A stretch of 64,000 bases of DNA, taken from NCBI GenBank assembly GCA_950097015.1, contig CATNEN010000001.1, positions 7,502,001-7,566,000 on the forward strand, in the 5' to 3' direction. The notes beneath the pieces are model-generated. The model was given only the letters and a program-made list of their open reading frames with translations, did not search any database and was not told where the DNA came from. Below are positions 8,783 through 17,417 of this stretch, one piece after another (positions within the stretch are counted from its first letter, which is position 1; the number at the start of each line of letters is the position of its first letter). The DNA comes from Macrostomum hystrix (taxonomy: Eukaryota > Animalia > Platyhelminthes). Made by a program: the position numbers and the translations under genes.

Positions 8783-8807
8783 TTTTTTTAGGTCCCGTTA
8801 GGTCCTG

Positions 8808-9431
8808 TTAGGTCTTGTTCATTTTCGCTGCTTTCGCCACATGCTGTTTGAACACATTCTCCAGATCATTTCTTAGCTGGCTCATTTCATCAATGGTATT
8901 TAGATTAAGCCTAACTCGTTGCTCATAGAGGTCTTGAATGTTTTTAAACTCATCCTCTGAAATGAACTTGTCTTCAATCGCCTTTGAGATGTACCCGATG
9001 ATAGAGCTTTGTACTGATTTCTCATTTGTTTGCTTCGCATGTAGATGCTTTAGCTTTTGTCGTCTGTTCCGTGATAGTGCTCCTGTAACTGCTGAAATCA
9101 GACCACATGTGGCACCAGCAGCTCCGAGTGGAATGGCGATTGGCACAGTGATTACTGGAATTGTTGAAACAGCAGCTGCTGATCCCGATAGAACAGATAC
9201 AGATCCAAGAAGCATATTAAGGTAATCGAAGACCTTGCACTCTCTATTATAGCGCTTCAGTTTCTTGGTATTATGATCAATTTGCCGTTTAATATCATCT
9301 CGCATCTTTTGAATCTCCACCAATCTGAATTGCTGCGAGTTACAAGTGAAAGTTGGGTAAAGGGGTTGTTGTGGGCTTGGGTTGTTTGGAGGCGCACTAG
9401 GTTCATATAGAGAGTTAATTTTTTCAGACAT
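8808..9431 (-). CDS. Conserved Polinton membrane protein (PW/'gasderminX'-type)
   Basis: FRLVEI...coiled coil, central Gly/Ala hydrophobic hairpin, basic patch, and KAIEDKFISEDEF motif. Confidence 0.75.
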   Translation of the reverse strand: MSEKINSLYEPSAPPNNPSPQQPLYPTFTCNSQQFRLVEIQKMRDDIKRQIDHNTKKLKRYNRECKVFDYLNMLLGSVSVLSGSAAAVSTIPVITVPIAIPLGAAGATCGLISAVTGALSRNRRQKLKHLHAKQTNEKSVQSSIIGYISKAIEDKFISEDEFKNIQDLYEQRVRLNLNTIDEMSQLRNDLENVFKQHVAKAAKMNKT

Positions 9432-9462
9432 TTATTGAACGAAAAAAAATTATATAAATTTT

Positions 9463-10191
9463 TTATGACCTTTCTCGCAAATCTGTTGCACGCCTTGCCG
9501 CCTCCCTTGATACCTCTTCTGATGGTCCATCAGATACTCTTGCTTCTTCAATGTCAATGTCCGGCAGATTGTGCAGTCTCTCTAGTCGGCCGAGTCTTCT
9601 TTTCGTTTTCCCCCAGTCGTTGTATATCCTATTCAAATACTCAGTGTGTCTTGTTACGTTTAGCCCCATGGGTCTTAGTGTTTCCTTTGTTTCATTTGCT
9701 AGTCTCTGAAGAGTTGTTATATCTGACTCTGCTGCTGTGAGTCGCGAACTCAATCTATCATGCACAGTGCTTGATCTTAGCATAAAGGCTTCTAAATTTC
9801 GAACTTTATTTGAATTTTCTGTTACTCTTTCTTCCACCAAGTTTGCTCGATTATTAACGGCAGTTCTCAGAGTGGCGATGTCTAATCTTAGAGTGGCGAT
9901 GTCTGATCTCAGAGTGGGTATCGCTGCAACAAGAGTATCCCGATCATGAACAAACTGTACATATAGTATGTCAATCTCTTCCTTCCGCTTTGCTATGCTC
10001 ACCCGTAGGTCTTCCATGTTTATTTGTCGTTGGTGTGTTGCCCGCTCTAGGGCTTTCAAGCGATCTTTAATGAGTTTGATTTCTGGAATTTTTTCGTCAA
10101 CATTTATATAACGCCTGTCAAGGTAAGAAACTTGAGCACTAGTGAGTGTGCTTCCGCGATCCAACGATTCACCTGCAAAATTAATAGACAT
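9463..10191 (-). CDS. Long coiled-coil protein, candidate virion fibre/spike
   Basis: Probable start MSINFAG at 10191 (TAAAAAAATG context). Heptads IPTLRSD-IATLRLD-IATLRTA and extended coiled coil. Confidence 0.65.
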   Translation of the reverse strand: MSINFAGESLDRGSTLTSAQVSYLDRRYINVDEKIPEIKLIKDRLKALERATHQRQINMEDLRVSIAKRKEEIDILYVQFVHDRDTLVAAIPTLRSDIATLRLDIATLRTAVNNRANLVEERVTENSNKVRNLEAFMLRSSTVHDRLSSRLTAAESDITTLQRLANETKETLRPMGLNVTRHTEYLNRIYNDWGKTKRRLGRLERLHNLPDIDIEEARVSDGPSEEVSREAARRATDLRERS

Positions 10192-10208
10192 TTTTTTAAT
10201 AACAAAAT

Positions 10209-11009
10209 TTAAATTACAGTTCTTTTTTCTTTGTTGATCATCACAAACTGGTAAGGTTGATTCCACTTGTCATAGCAAAGATTAACGAATTCCTCCTGTG
10301 AAATCTTTCTGTTGGAGTTTTTTGTTGGATTTACAAAATTGGCAGGCGCAATGACCTCATTGTAAAATCTTTTTAGCCTGTCCTGTGGAATTGTTGGAAA
10401 CAGGAGGATCAGATTGCAGTTCCCACGAATTGTTTTGTTCGGGAGCTCGAACCAGTTCTGGGCAATGTAAATTACGTTACAATTGTTGTGCCGTCCTCTT
10501 GTAAAATAGTTTTCTATCTGCTTCTGTGGGCCTGTCATGCAATCATCAAAGACAATCAAATGTTTTCTCCCCTTTTCTAGCTCATCTGGTTGGGGTAGAA
10601 GTTTGGTCTTAGGATCAACCTGCGGATCTCCGTATGTGAACACTTTAATGTTCTGCCATTTTTCATTGTCTTTGATGTACTTTGCATATTCGGCAGCTAC
10701 AATTTCTGGGTTACTGGGAAGGCTCTTTTGGTTATTAAAACATTGAATAATGTGCTCTTTGTGCAGTCTGTTTTGCAGTCCAGAGATCAACATTTTATAC
10801 TCATCTTGATACAGGGTGGGAGAGTAGATGTGCAGAGTGTCATAGTCGATAAAGCCAGGTCTAAGAAGCATGTTAAAGACTCTGAATGTTTTACCTGAAC
10901 CTGACGAACCAACAACAATGCATCTGAAGTGACTCGGGATTGACTCATGATGAGAAAACTTAATCTGATTACGTGTCCAGTGAGGATTGAAGTCGTTTGA
11001 AAAGTCCAT
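10209..11009 (-). CDS. A32/FtsK-like DNA packaging ATPase
   Basis: Walker A GSSGSGKT, Walker B LIVFDD, and FTRGRHNNCNVIYIAQ. Confidence 0.96.
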   Translation of the reverse strand: MDFSNDFNPHWTRNQIKFSHHESIPSHFRCIVVGSSGSGKTFRVFNMLLRPGFIDYDTLHIYSPTLYQDEYKMLISGLQNRLHKEHIIQCFNNQKSLPSNPEIVAAEYAKYIKDNEKWQNIKVFTYGDPQVDPKTKLLPQPDELEKGRKHLIVFDDCMTGPQKQIENYFTRGRHNNCNVIYIAQNWFELPNKTIRGNCNLILLFPTIPQDRLKRFYNEVIAPANFVNPTKNSNRKISQEEFVNLCYDKWNQPYQFVMINKEKRTVI

Positions 11010-11055
11010 TTTTCTATGATGAAAAAAAAATTAAAAAAGAGTAAATCATTTATAA

Positions 11056-11178
11056 GATGTGTCTAGGACTTAGATGTGTCTATTTGGGACTTAGATGTGT
11101 CTTTTTGGGACTTAGATGTGTCTATTTGGGACTTAGATGTGTCTATTTGGGACTTAGATGTGTCTTTTTGGGACTAGT
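11056..11178. repeat. 21-bp tandem repeat (about 5-6 copies) inside the Polinton
   Basis: GGGACTTAGATGTGTCT(A/T)TTT repeated between the ATPase start and the stop of ORF 11225-11626. Confidence 0.9.
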
Positions 11179-11224
11179 CTTGTACCCTTACATGTCTTGT
11201 ACCCTCGGAAAGTACCCTAGTACC

Positions 11225-11626
11225 CTATTCGAATTTGAAACCACTTCCTTTTTTAATGCTAGCTCTCATCTTCTCATAGATTGCAGGGTCCACAGTGTCT
11301 GGGTTTGGGGCCAGAGGAGCCAGCGGAGCCAGCGGAGCCAGCGGAGCCAATGGGGGCTGAATATCTTGTGTTACAGTATCCTTTATCTTTTTAGCCGCAG
11401 TGACAACACTTCCCACAGATTCAGCCACGTTCTTAATATTATCTTTGTTCTCACTAATGACTTTAAAGATCTGAGCACCCTGTGCAATCATGTCAGCAAG
11501 ACCATTCCCTGAGCGTTCTTTCCTAGGATAGTGACCTGCTGGGAAAAGTCCAGATCCACGCTTAATTAGATTAAGTTCCTCCTTGTCATAGTATTTGTCC
11601 ACGTCTTTTTCGAAAATAATCGGCAT
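11225..11626 (-). CDS. Small putative core protein with repeated GxG protease-site motifs
   Basis: KRGSGL, RSGNGL and KKGSGF motifs; (LAP)n repeat; A-rich ATG context. Confidence 0.7.
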   Translation of the reverse strand: MPIIFEKDVDKYYDKEELNLIKRGSGLFPAGHYPRKERSGNGLADMIAQGAQIFKVISENKDNIKNVAESVGSVVTAAKKIKDTVTQDIQPPLAPLAPLAPLAPLAPNPDTVDPAIYEKMRASIKKGSGFKFE

Positions 11627-11644
11627 TTTTTATTAGGGAAGAAA

Positions 11645-12817
11645 TTATTTTTTGTTAAAACGTGAAAGCAGAAGCTCTCTTGCCCGTTTGTCGATATACT
11701 TCTTTTCCATCATTTTGTCCAGGATGTTGACAAATTCTTTTCTATTTTCGTCTTTCATGCCAGTCTTTGCAGCTCCAAGAAGAACGGCCACTCGCTTATA
11801 GATGTCAGAAATTCCTTTTCCTTGAAATGATTGGTCAGTGGAGGACTGGTCGGTGGAGGACTGGGGTGAACTCTCAACTGGTCTTTGTTGTGGTGTGAAC
11901 ACTCTTGCCTTGATTTTATTCATTCGAGCTGGGGAGAAATTTTCTAGTTGTTGCCAGGCATCCGGGTGATCATTTTTATATTTAGCTACTTGAGTCGGAT
12001 CTGCATTTTCAAGGGCACTGAGTACGTCTTCGGGTGTTGATTCAGATGTTTGTTGCTGCTGTGGCGGTTGCTGCTGGGGCGGTTGCTGCTGGGGCGGTTG
12101 CTGTTCTAGATGTTTTATGGCATCTTCTTGATCTGGCAAACCAAACCATTGTTTAAAATGCTTGTACTTTTTGAATCTAGTCAGGATGACACCGTTGTCA
12201 TGCATCATTTTCAGAATTTGTGGGGCCTTTAGTATTTCTATATCTCTTGCAAGAGCAAAACTCACAAGATCTCTATAGTTCTTTAGCTGCTTGTCCGAAA
12301 TTTTCTCTTGGTTCTTAGTCATAAAATTCAGTAAGGTTTCTGTGTAAATTATTCTCTTAGTTTCTGAGCCTTTGACAACAGAAATATGGTTCTTGTTTAT
12401 GTCGATATAATATTCCACTGGTTCATTATAAATGTTTTTTCTCCACATGCTTATTCCAAATACATATTTCCCATCATGTTCTGCGCGTTCTACTGGTCCA
12501 AAAAAGTTATCTGTCACTTTTAGTTGTGACTGTTGTGGGACTTGGACTTGCGGATCTGCAGATTGTTGTATCTGCGGTGCTTCTGGAATTTTGTCCAAAG
12601 CCTTTTGCACCTGGGTTTCCTGTATGTCGTCAATAGTTTCTTTGACTTGATCAATATTTTTCTTAGCTTCTCCATACCCGGGTTTATGAAACTCTGTGGC
12701 TGCTTGGACAAACTCATTGTAGGATTGTTGCTCCTTATTGATTAGCCCGGTAACTCTCTTTTCTGCTTGTGCTAGCTTCTCCAATTCAGATATTTGGTGC
12801 GCATTTTTTCGCTTCAT
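11645..12817 (-). CDS. Polinton PZ-like putative core protein
   Basis: C-terminal QGKG...KRVAVLLGAAKTG...EFVNILDKMMEKKYI matches the conserved Polinton PZ-type tail pattern. N-terminal coiled coil. Confidence 0.7.
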   Translation of the reverse strand: MKRKNAHQISELEKLAQAEKRVTGLINKEQQSYNEFVQAATEFHKPGYGEAKKNIDQVKETIDDIQETQVQKALDKIPEAPQIQQSADPQVQVPQQSQLKVTDNFFGPVERAEHDGKYVFGISMWRKNIYNEPVEYYIDINKNHISVVKGSETKRIIYTETLLNFMTKNQEKISDKQLKNYRDLVSFALARDIEILKAPQILKMMHDNGVILTRFKKYKHFKQWFGLPDQEDAIKHLEQQPPQQQPPQQQPPQQQQTSESTPEDVLSALENADPTQVAKYKNDHPDAWQQLENFSPARMNKIKARVFTPQQRPVESSPQSSTDQSSTDQSFQGKGISDIYKRVAVLLGAAKTGMKDENRKEFVNILDKMMEKKYIDKRARELLLSRFNKK

Positions 12818-12847
12818 TTTTTATTTTATTTTTTTTAGTTTAAAAAA

Positions 12848-14134
12848 ATGAACGACCCACTGACACCAGTTTTCTACAAAATTAACAAGCCTATTTTGAG
12901 TGATGATAGCACAATCAAAGCGACTCAAGTAAGAGTTCCCAGTCAGGAAAATCAGAATGAAACTAATCTTGGTCCTGGTCAAACACTGACATTCACCTAC
13001 AATGGATGTTCGTCTCTGGTTAGTGTGCACAGTCTTAAGAGCGGCTTCCATATGACATTTCAATTCAAGACAAAGGGAGGTGCGGATGCAGCTCATGCTA
13101 ACGTTGACAAGCATGATGCAGATGTGGCTCTGATTAGTAACTTTTGGGCGTACATGTTCAAGGAGTTTAGTGTATCGAATGGGAGCACAGAGTTGGAGCG
13201 AATCGCCAACTTTGGAATTGTCTATGACGCTCATTGTTTGATCGAGAATCCAGATTTTATTCAGTTGGGGAGTGGTGCAGGTTTTATTGCAGATGAAAAA
13301 GAAGGAGATATCAATGACAGTGGCTATAAAAAGAGGAAGAAGAGATACAACTATGCATTGCAAGGTGCTGATGATGCTGCCAAGAACCCGCTGTATCGGT
13401 CTGTTGATGTATTCATACCACTGAGATTCATGAGTGGATTCTGTAATACATTTAATCGACTGACTAGTAATTTCAGCTACACCTTTAAGATGACTAGAGA
13501 TGATCGCAGTAGAGTGTTGTGGACTGGGGCGGACCACACTAGGATGGAAGTGAAGCTAACCGGAATCGAGCTGTATTTGGAAGTCATTGAGCCAAAGACC
13601 GCACTAAAAGCAGATTATCTCAAGGCAATAGAGAAGGACATTGATGTCGCCTACACGGCCTACATGTGTCGAGATGAGCGAAACGAAACCAGAACAAACA
13701 TCTGCATTAAAGAGGGATCATGCAGCAATCCTAGGTATATTATTATTAACATGAGAAACCCAAATAACATTATACGCTACATGCATGGAGACGTGCGGTC
13801 CATTCAGCATGAAATCAGTGATAATCTTTACCCCGCACTGCCACAAAATGGAAATTTCAGTCAGAACAAGATTAGCAAATTTTACAGCGAGTTGGTCGAC
13901 TTGGCTGTGAAAGAGAACAATGGAATTGCTATCACTGCTCTTCAATATGGAACTCTTTATCCGATGTTTGGCGCTGATGTGTCTGCCAGACAAATGCCTA
14001 CTGATAACAGCCCTGTGAATATCGTGACTAACATTGAGAGGACTGCCGCAACTGCTGTTGACCTGTACATTATCTATGCGTTCGAGAGGAAGGTGAAGCT
14101 TAACATGATCAACAATTCATCCAGTAAAGTTTAA
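12848..14134 (+). CDS. Double jelly-roll major capsid protein (hexon-like, PY)
   Basis: 428 aa, beta-rich. VFIPLRFMSGF, PRYIII, YP, and YPMFGADVS patterns; position next to the penton. Confidence 0.88.
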   Translation: MNDPLTPVFYKINKPILSDDSTIKATQVRVPSQENQNETNLGPGQTLTFTYNGCSSLVSVHSLKSGFHMTFQFKTKGGADAAHANVDKHDADVALISNFWAYMFKEFSVSNGSTELERIANFGIVYDAHCLIENPDFIQLGSGAGFIADEKEGDINDSGYKKRKKRYNYALQGADDAAKNPLYRSVDVFIPLRFMSGFCNTFNRLTSNFSYTFKMTRDDRSRVLWTGADHTRMEVKLTGIELYLEVIEPKTALKADYLKAIEKDIDVAYTAYMCRDERNETRTNICIKEGSCSNPRYIIINMRNPNNIIRYMHGDVRSIQHEISDNLYPALPQNGNFSQNKISKFYSELVDLAVKENNGIAITALQYGTLYPMFGADVSARQMPTDNSPVNIVTNIERTAATAVDLYIIYAFERKVKLNMINNSSSKV

Positions 14135-14157
14135 ATATTTTTTTTCGGGGCTGAAAA

Positions 14158-15003
14158 ATGGAAGCGATTGCTGAAAGACTAAATAATATTATTTCTCACT
14201 CTAAGGAGAGCATTCCTATTACAATAGCTGGGCGAATTAATGACTCAAACGGGATATTTGTTGAAAAATTAGAGCAGGCGATTCATCTGGATCCAGGTGC
14301 TAATTACCATGTATATCTTAACGACTTCACTGGTTGGTCAAACGTTCCCAATGTGACAGCAGCAAATAATAAGTTTCATTACAAATGGAGAGGTGCAGCA
14401 GCAGAAGCTGTGGTATTCCCTGTGAGCACGCAAAGTGTGGATACCTACAATTACTTTCTAGAAAGTGTTTTTACTAAAAGAGGCCATTTTGAAACACCCA
14501 ATGAGAGCAAGCCAGAGAAGAAACTGTTCCCTGTCAAACTATCCTATGATCTCACTGTAATGAGAGTGGTCATGCAAGTTCACAAAGATGCTGAGGTTGA
14601 ATTTAAAGATGACACATGGTATAGGGAATTGGGATTCGAGAAGAAAGTTTATAAGGCGGAAGCACAGACTGCATCACCGGAGGCAGTTTCAAGGACCCTG
14701 CTAAGCGGCTTGTTCTTAGCACCCAATATCGCAGACATTGTAAAGGGTTTGAATATACTAATCAGAAGTAATCTCAGTCGTGATTGGGTGTTTAAGGGAA
14801 AGCGAACGAATATTTTGTACAACATCTCAAACTCTGTTGCTGGAGGACAGATGCTGGTAGAGAAACCAAATCCAGTGAAAAGAGTTGTGCTAAGTAATAA
14901 GGAGATTCACGAGATTGTGCTGCAGTTTGAGACGGAAGATGGTGTTGGCGTTGATTTCAACGGTGAAGAGTTTGTATTGACGTTGATCATTGAGAGAATG
15001 TAA
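14158..15003 (+). CDS. Single jelly-roll minor capsid protein (penton-like, PX)
   Basis: PNVTAANNKF, ILIRSNL, NILYNI, and terminal G..VDFNGEEFVLTLII motif typical of Polinton minor capsids. Confidence 0.88.
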   Translation: MEAIAERLNNIISHSKESIPITIAGRINDSNGIFVEKLEQAIHLDPGANYHVYLNDFTGWSNVPNVTAANNKFHYKWRGAAAEAVVFPVSTQSVDTYNYFLESVFTKRGHFETPNESKPEKKLFPVKLSYDLTVMRVVMQVHKDAEVEFKDDTWYRELGFEKKVYKAEAQTASPEAVSRTLLSGLFLAPNIADIVKGLNILIRSNLSRDWVFKGKRTNILYNISNSVAGGQMLVEKPNPVKRVVLSNKEIHEIVLQFETEDGVGVDFNGEEFVLTLIIERM

Positions 15004-15235
15004 GCTGCTTAATGATTTCTGCAAAGTTATAGTAGCTGTCGTAGTCCTTTATAATTGCTCCATACTTATGAAACCAGTGACTTTGGAGAGCTAGATTAAT
15101 ATTAGGGACATTGATATCGACGTTGGGACAATATTTCTTCATGTACTCGCTGCATTCTCGTTTGCATTGGTACTTACTCTTGTAATTAGGCTCATGACTT
15201 TTGTAATAAGATCCTGGAGAGACGATTGGGAGCAT
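14987..15235 (-). CDS. Small TIR-encoded hypothetical protein, right copy (C-terminus ...IIKQLTFSQ)
   Basis: Mirror of 484-720. Reads 4 codons further and overlaps the 3' end of the minor capsid gene. Confidence 0.45.
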   Translation of the reverse strand: MLPIVSPGSYYKSHEPNYKSKYQCKRECSEYMKKYCPNVDINVPNINLALQSHWFHKYGAIIKDYDSYYNFAEIIKQLTFSQ

Positions 15236-15693
15236 TTTTAATGAGAATATAATTTTTTTTCGGAGGATGAGCACCCTAGGTTTGGGGTCTTGAGTTTGGG
15301 GAATGGGATTTTAGTGCTAATTTGATTGTCTTGGCACGCTTTTTGCAGCTTCGCTATTTTGTGCATGATCTCTTAGGGAGTGGCTGCGATAATTTGTTTT
15401 GTCCAAGTTCAGAAACTGGAAAGTATTTTTTTTTTGGCGGGGGAACCTTGTTCCTTCAGGAAAGGTAATGGTTTGTGCAATAAGGAGGCTGCGATAATTT
15501 TTTGTCCTAGATATTCAACTTACAAACTGATGTGGGATATTAAAAGTAGAGAATTTAGAATATGGAGACGGAGTTTTTAGAGGGGCGGGGACCCTTTTTT
15601 TCCTGATCTCTTCGGGAATAATAAAAGTAATGGTTTGTGGATAATGGAGGCTGCGATTATTTTTGTCCTAGAAGCCCCCTCTTGCATACTACT
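15003..15693 (-). repeat. Right terminal inverted repeat (691 bp)
   Basis: Reverse complement of 26-716. Starts at the last base of the minor capsid stop codon. Confidence 0.97.
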
Positions 15694-17417
15694 ATCTAAT
15701 AATTTAGTATATTTCATATGATGGCAACCCTCTAGTTTCACAGGTTTAATTTTGCACTTTTGCATCCTCCTAGACCCAACTCCCTTGTGCCCATTATCTT
15801 CTCTCCTTTGCTTTGTTTTGGCCATAGACAGCCATGCACTGATTAGTCTACTTCATAAAAACTCACACAAGTTTAGGTAGGCCTACTTACTTGTAGTAGC
15901 TAAGAAAGTTAGGCCTATCTTTTAAGTTTTTTTAAACATGCTGTTCTTCATACTTACTTATTTGTAGGAGGGCCTGGGCCCTGGGGCACTTTATATACTT
16001 GTTATTATATGTCATTAGTGCTACAAGTGCTTTGAGCACTCAGTGTGCACTCTAAGAATTCAATATAAGGCAAGTGCTTGCCAACAATGTACATCAAATT
16101 GGGAGGTAGGCACCACCAACGCATGCATATCTTTCTAGGCATATATTATATGGTCCATTCTATATCATTGTAATCATTTGAATTTATATTTATATTATTT
16201 TTTTTCATAATATAATATAAGAAGTGTATATTTTTTCTCATTTAGATATAGGGCCTAGGTATTCTAAACAATCTTAACATAATATGATGTGAGAAATATA
16301 TTTTTATTTCCATATTCTCATTACTTTCAATTGAGGTCTATTTGTAGTCTATTGTTTTCTTATTGTTGTCTATAATACTCATAGACTATCGATTCTGTTG
16401 TAGACCATTTTAGTGTTTTTTAATTACATAGGCCATATAACTAATATTTTATTTGTAAGTTTATCATGACTGTCACTCTATAGTCTCAGTAGGCCTATAG
16501 GGCTTATTGACTTTTTTGTAATGCTTTAATTGTAATTTGTTTGTAGCATTTGTCATTTCCTTATTAGGCCTAGCATGTAGTCTTATCTGTTTACACCAAA
16601 AAATCACTTTTATCTGTACCTCTATCTTTCAAAATAAATTTCCCACAATGTACCATGACCTTAGCTTCATGTAGCTAGCATCTCTTTAACCCTGTGATTT
16701 TGAAACTAATTCAAATATATAGTTTTAGACTTGATAGGTTTGGGTGCAACCCCCACATTAGCCCATAACATCTATGTGCATCAAAGTCACTAGAATTTGA
16801 GTCCTTAACACCTAGCAAGCAGTCAGATTAGGGTGGGTGCAGATCATACATGTGCAACCTCCCAAATCTTAGCTGGCCGTGCGACTTATTTTTTGCTCTA
16901 TTTATGACTTAGTTTGCTCTCATTTGCTCTATTTTTCTCTCCCCTTTTTCCTCTTCTTCACGCCTTCCTTTTTTGTCCCTTGGTCCCCCCTTTGATTTTT
17001 TTGCACTTGGTTGATTGGTTTTTGCAACTTACCTTGCTTGGCCCTCGTTTCACCCAACCAGTTCGGCTGGGTCGGCCGGGTGTTGCGAATGTATGGTGCA
17101 GATTTTACAAAATAAGTGTTTTAGTCAAGAAAAACACAGGATATGGAAACTAGATACAATAAATGAAACAATGTTCCTGTAAATATCTGTATCCCAAACT
17201 TTTGTCTAAATAGCTCCCTATTCATAATTTTCTCTGGTTGTATTTGTCAGCTATGTTTAAACTCTACTATATATATATAGTTTAAGTGATATAAACTTTT
17301 AACATTTACAACATTTTTACTAAATTATAGTCATTTTTTATTTTTTTCTAGCTGATATTACTTCAAGTAGTATAAAACGAAAGCGAAAATTTATTTAGTC
17401 AAAAGAAGCAGTGCACA

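Larger units (their letters stand above)
26..15693. mobile_element. Complete Polinton/Maverick (adintovirus-like) element, 15,668 bp
   Basis: Begins AGTAGTATGC and ends GCATACTACT. TIRs 26-716 and 15003-15693. Flanked by identical ATCTAA at 20-25 and 15694-15699. Carries INT, pPolB, PRO, ATPase, MCP and mCP as uninterrupted ORFs. Confidence 0.98.

Noticed and set aside
12821-13537. 238-aa antisense ORF over the capsid gene, and similar shadow ORFs (918-1277, 2520-2879, 8938-9225)
   Set aside because: Antisense to well-supported genes, with no motifs and no element-typical start context.
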